A stretch of DNA of 63,459 nt, the filler included, from Phoronis australis (lineage: Eukaryota > Animalia > Phoronida), in assembly GCA_002633005.1 (NCBI GenBank). It is 4 parts of 4 records of this genome, joined end to end, with 100 filler letters (N's around TTAATTAATTAA, not from the genome) between each part and the next. Parts side by side here need not be neighbours in the genome. Positions count along the whole stretch, not along the records: positions 56,665 to 62,111 come from NMRA01002334.1; positions 62,212 to 63,459 come from NMRA01001736.1; 2 more parts are not named here. One strand, 5' to 3'. Below, piece after piece: positions 58,315 to 63,459 of this stretch. The translations under genes were made by a program, and so were the position numbers. The number at the start of each line of letters is the position of its first letter. Within the stretch, counting starts at the first letter, position 1. The notes under the pieces were generated by a model that searched no databases, was not told the origin of the DNA, and saw nothing but the letters and a program-made list of their open reading frames with translations.

Positions 58315-59910
58315 AAGGGTACGTACACTACAACTTGTGGTTACAGCCCACTTCTATCATGCAAAAATTCAGGAGGTAGCTGTTAATTTAATATGTTCTT
58401 GATCAAATTGAAGAAGTATCACATAGTAAAGTAAGAAAAGTTATTACCGTACTGATAAGTTGTGCTAGATGATGATACAAATGCATATATCTTAACACAG
58501 TATAATGAGGACTTCTCTCTTGCACTGATTCTTTAAAAAAGAAAATGACAAGTAACCTCTTTTTTCAAAAACTTTATAGGTGCTATTTGCTTAATTTTCA
58601 ACACATTCTCCAGATGGTAAAAATAGTTAAAGCAATGCTAGGCCACAGTGTTCAACTAGTAAATAGTAAAAAATGGTACTGGTTAGGGGGGTACGTACAC
58701 TATGCTCAGTCAATCAACATTAAATTTTGACTAAGTTACAAATGTATGGGATGATCTCGAGTTTTGTGCTGCCTCTACTAGTTGTTTTATTGCAAGTTGT
58801 CTTGAGAGATAGAGAACCTGCCTCTGCAACATCAGTTGTCACATGACGTGTCTTCTAGGATGTTACTAGATTATTCCTGTGTGACATTTTATTGCCCAAT
58901 GATTTTTTTTGTCAGACTGGATGCATTCTGGTTATTGTTCATGAGAACAGCTAGTATGTAAAATACTTGTGGGCAATACTTTATAGCACAGAGGTTGAAG
59001 GTACATACACTACATAGGGGTACGTACACTACACAGGGGTACGTACACTACACAGGGGTACGTACACTACATTTCAATGACTTGTCAGGTTTATAAAAAA
59101 ATTTTGAATCTAGAGAGTTAGATGATTTACTAAATCAATTCAAAGTGAAAAAATAAAAAGTACAGCATAGATGTTTCTGTCTGTCATTCTTTGAAAACAG
59201 GCGCATGTTAAAATATAGGGGTACATAAAATGATACACTACACAAATGCTAATATTTCACTCAAAACAAAAGCATTTGTAATTAACACCCTTTTAACCTA
59301 GCATTTTTAAAAGAGGAAATTGTTTGTAACAAATACATACCGTGTGATATTTTTGTTTCATAGTATTTGTTCAAATCGGTCTACGTACACAACACAGGGG
59401 TACGTACATTCACTCTGGCGTACAATACATTTCAATGACATGTCAGGTTGTAACTAAATACTTTAAGAATCTACTGAGAGTTAGTTGATTTACGAAATCA
59501 ATTCAAAGAGAAAAAATGAAAAGCACAGCATTCATGTGCATATCTGCCATACTTTGAAAATAGGCAAAAATTAAAATATGGGGTACGAACACTACACAAA
59601 TTATATTTCACTCAAAACAAATGTATTTGCAATAAACACCCTTTTAACCTAACATTTTTAAGGAAGGAAACTGTCTATGACCAATGTTGCTCACTTACCA
59701 AGTGATTTTTTAATTTTATGGCACTTGTAAACATGGGGGTACGTACACTACATCACTGTTTCTGCATCACATGGTAACATAATGTTGTATGACCATTTAT
59801 TTTTCTTGGTGACAATAAGCACCATATTGTTATATTTAAAAGGCAACATTTTCATTTGCAATGACCATTTGTGTTACTGAATTCCACATGGGGGTATGTT
59901 CACTACACTT
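58315..59910 (+). repeat. Region studded with the motif GGGGTACGTACACTACA (~12 copies) and a ~360-bp direct duplication
   Basis: Motif at ~58317, 58686, 59000-59072 (4 tandem copies), 59218, 59380-59410, 59580, 59735 and 59890; 59060-59380 is similar to 59420-59750. Confidence 0.8.
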
Positions 59911-60079
59911 TGTTAGCCTTTGGGGCCCGTTCTTCTTCTTCTTCCAAAAATCAACAAACAATCGTGGTATCGATCCTTTCTTGTTGGCGCATTGTTAGTA
60001 TAAAACTTAGGTGCATTTAACTGTGAAAAATAACGATAAAACAAAGTGCTGGTTAGTGCCAAGATAAAAAGGTCTTAAT

Positions 60080-61440
60080 GATTACTGTGTAAGATTGATG
60101 TTCAAGATGTGACTTGTGAATATTTCTATTGTTTCTGATGAGATGGCGAATTGTGGTAGTCTATTCCAGAGTAGAATGGTAGATGAAAGAGTTTGCGTAG
60201 TATGCAGTGCGGATGTATAATCTCTCAAAGGTATGGGAGTGGGAGTTTCGTGATCTGGAGGACTGTAGGAGTAGAAGGTATGAGTGAGGAATAGCAACCA
60301 GGTTATGTATGGTCTTGTACAGAAGGAATAGTTTGTTCTGAGCTCGTCTTTCCTGGAGGGTGGGCCAATTGAGAGTTTTGACCATGGATGAAATGAAGGA
60401 GTACCTTGAGTGGTCATTTAAAACAAACCTGCCTGCTCTACGAAGTATTTTTTCTATTTTTTCAATGTTTGTACGAGTGGATGGATCCCAGACAGAGGAG
60501 GAGTATTCTAGTTTTGGTCTAACAAGTGAAGTGTAGGCAAGGGCTTTTGTTTTTTGAGGAGCATATTTGAGATTTCGTTTAATGAAGCAAAGTGTTTTGT
60601 TTGCCTTTGAGGTGATGTGCCTATATCACTATAATATGAGTGTTCCATGATAAGTTATTGGTGAGAGTGACCCCGAAGTATGGGGCTTCATTAATGCATT
60701 TGAGTGAAGCGTTGTGTGACGCTGTAATTGTATATTATGGAGGAACGTTTTCTGTGGATACAAAGAGTATTGCATTTGGAGACATTAAAGTTCATTTTCC
60801 AGGAGTTTTCCCAAGAGGCGAGGGATCTATTTAGTCTTGTTGAAGAATTTGGCAATCGTGGGAGGAACTAATGGGTCTGTGTTAGAGTACGATCTCATAT
60901 CCCAGTGAGTGCATGTGTAGGAGTAGTTCAGAGAATTAAGTGTTACATAATACATCCCCAACATGAGGAATTGTAGTAAACATGTTTGTTCAGTATATCC
61001 TGTTATGATTCATGTATGTCACTATATAAGTGTATGATCGCATGGATTGTAACAGACTCAGTAGTATCAGCAGAAGAGTATGTAATAAAACTATTAATAA
61101 TCCTCCTTCAGACTAGTATTATCCTTGGACCGCGTTCTCGCACTGTGTCGCGCATTCAACGTTCCTAACCGAACAGAATGCCTTTCACTGCTAGCACATC
61201 AACAGTCTGTACTGCTTCATCAGCAAAAAGCCGGACAGTAGAAAGAATGCTGTCAGGGAGGTCGTTTATGTAGAGTATGAAGAGTGCAAGGCCAAGGACA
61301 GAGCCCTGGGGCACTCCTGATTGGACGTGGCTGGGGAGGAATTTGAGAACTCGCCATCGACGACGACTCTCTGTGTTCTATCCCGACTATGGGATAGAAA
61401 TGACTGGATCCAATTGTGGGTGAGACGCCTTATTAGGCTT
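60080..61440 (-). mobile_element. 5'-truncated CR1-group non-LTR retrotransposon (RT C-terminal half), degenerate, with a ~320-bp insertion at ~60882-61200
   Basis: Minus strand [35 protein letters not shown] ... KANKTLCFIKRNLKYAPQKTKALAYTSLVRPKLEYSSSVWDP ... LNWPTLQERRAQNKLFLLYK. Confidence 0.9.
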
Positions 61441-61699
61441 ATTACTATACTGACTAAACAACAAATGACGGATTTTCACTCAGCCACTGGAGCTTCCAGC
61501 TGAGTTGAGCACAAAATTGTTCACTCACTTTGAATTCGAAGACTGTTTGAGCTTTAACGTCTGCCCATAGGTGGTGCGTCAGAGATTTTGGGTCACTGCC
61601 TTCCTTCAGAGACCGTAGAGTTGCTTCCTTCCAAGACTGTCGAACATTCACGCCGCCTAGTGGATTCCGAAGTAGTTATAACCTACATAAGTCAGATCT

Positions 61700-61862
61700 C
61701 TGTTCGTTCAGTAACGCTAGGACCTACGCTAGGACCTACGCTAGGACCTAGCTAAAATCTAGCCAAAGGCACGTGATCTTATTCAAAATACACAGCAATA
61801 TATCATGTAATCTCGCGAAGTCTTGCTTTTTAGCGAGGACCTAGCGTTACTGACCGGGAGGC
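61700..61862 (-). mobile_element. ~160-bp MITE, same family as 25445-25592, inverted
   Basis: cgttcagtaacgctaggacctacgctaggacc ... gacctagcgttactgaccg. Confidence 0.75.
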
Positions 61863-63459
61863 TGCTGGTTCCCCCCGGTACTCACACGTTGACGCCACGT
61901 ACACTACGTGTGAACCAAGAACTGCCAGGAGGGTCTGTGCAGGAGACTATTTGTTGTTTAGTGCTCTATATTTCGAGACTGGAATATTGGAATTCCGATA
62001 CAGGACGTTCCCGTACTCGGAATATTTCGATTTAAGTGGGCCGGATTGCAAACGGGCCGGAACAAGTACTAGGCCTACATCATAGGCGGATTTATGGGGG
62101 GGGGGGGCATTNNNNNNNNNNNNNNNNNNNNNNNNNNNNNNNNNNNNNNNNNNNNTTAATTAATTAANNNNNNNNNNNNNNNNNNNNNNNNNNNNNNNNN
62201 NNNNNNNNNNNTCTTCCCTGCTCAAACAAATACTCGACGTGCAAACACACTTTTTGATATGACCAGTTGGCCAAAGAACAACTGTGAGTAGAGGCCAATG
62301 ATTAAGAAAGGTTTTTGTGTTACATTAGTTTGTTACAGATTCACTGCAAGAACTTGAGTTGATATTGGTGGGGTCATTTTGAAACCTGCTTTCTGCAGTG
62401 TCCAGGAAGTTTTAATGCTTCTCCATGTTTAGAAACTGGTTTGAGGTTCTAGACATTTTCATACTTGGAAATTTTTCACCCTGGTCAACAACTGTGACTT
62501 GCTCCAGGCTTGAATCTGGGTGTGATTTAGCACAGAATCAACACCTACTAGTAGATAAATACTTTTGGGCTAAAAGGCAAGCAACCTGAAAAATTATAAT
62601 CTGACGGGCAAATTGTTACTCCTAACTTTTGAAATTTTAAAGAAAACAAAGATGTCAAAATGTTGTACATGTTCAAAACAAATATAAAACGAGTACCAGT
62701 AATTACAGGCATTCTGTGCTTTTTGTTGCGAATTTTGCAAACAAAATTGACACAACCAATAGCATTTTAATTGTTACATGTACTAAAAATTGAATCAGTA
62801 ACACCTGGCGCTGTGTCAATTCATTCTATTAGCAAGGTCTGTCGTAAGCTATTGGTAGCCTTGAGTGTATCTGAAGTGTATTCATTTGTTTCTCTCTTTG
62901 TGCTTTCAGTCAAGATTGTGTTGAGCACCATAAGGAGAGTGAAGCGACCTTACCAAGCAAGCCAAGAAATAAAGATGCCTTTGTTAAAAGGGTTGAGAGT
63001 TTCACTGTACGTTTATAATTACCTGTGGAATTGGTTTGTGCAAAAGCCATGTACAGCACCCTATTAAAAACTAGAGGTCTTTTAGCGTGGCAAGTTGGCG
63101 CTCCTGAAGTTTTACTTGATTATTCTATGAGTCATGTAAGGTTCATTGATTGTACCTGTATGTTTAGTCTAAGATTCAAACTCTAGTTAGTGGTTGGTGA
63201 TATCTGACCTTGACTTCTTTATAATGTGTGGCTTTGACATGTCGAAACTCGTCTTTTAAGAAAAGTATGTCCTTCAATCGGCCACTGTACTTCTTTTGAC
63301 GGTCAGTTATACTTCGATTGAAGGACCTTCATGAAAACTCAGTGCCTACTCTTTTCTTTAGCAACTTTTTATCACAGTTTATGTCAGGGCTGTTCCAGCA
63401 AAATCTGTATGGGAGGGGGGGGAAGGCACTTTTATTTCGTACCCACCGCCCGTATTTTT

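Overview
Eukaryotic (animal, probably marine invertebrate) genomic DNA: AT-rich, intron-rich, repeat-rich, with four N-gaps and two single-N junction duplications from assembly. The ORF track is mostly noise. Reading GT-AG splice sites and exon phases by hand gives three protein-coding genes. (1) Minus strand, ATG at 28697, running off the left edge: a cytosolic protein with about 8 one-exon-per-repeat ankyrin units fused to a FAM111-like trypsin-fold serine protease. Three of its ankyrin exons are a recent exon+intron tandem triplication, and between two of them every changed codon is amino-acid altering. (2) Plus strand, 36593-38362: a 589-aa type I membrane protein with about 5 divergent Sushi/CCP modules, whose CDS has no introns. 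(3) Minus strand, 53532-38475: a secreted protein whose mature chain begins with His and carries an LPMO-like (histidine-brace) domain resembling bacterial SCE4755-type proteins rather than animal AA15, followed by CHRD-like repeats. One exon of gene 3 could not be found. Genes 2 and 3 converge tail-to-tail. Intervening DNA holds a Penelope retroelement fragment, CR1-group LINE relics, Helentron/DINE-1-like elements whose internal repeats carry phased CTCF-like motifs, Harbinger-type MITEs, a 705-bp foldback element with an 8-bp TSD, a tRNA-derived SINE, minisatellites and an interstitial telomere-like tract. All family assignments come from motif recognition, not database searches.
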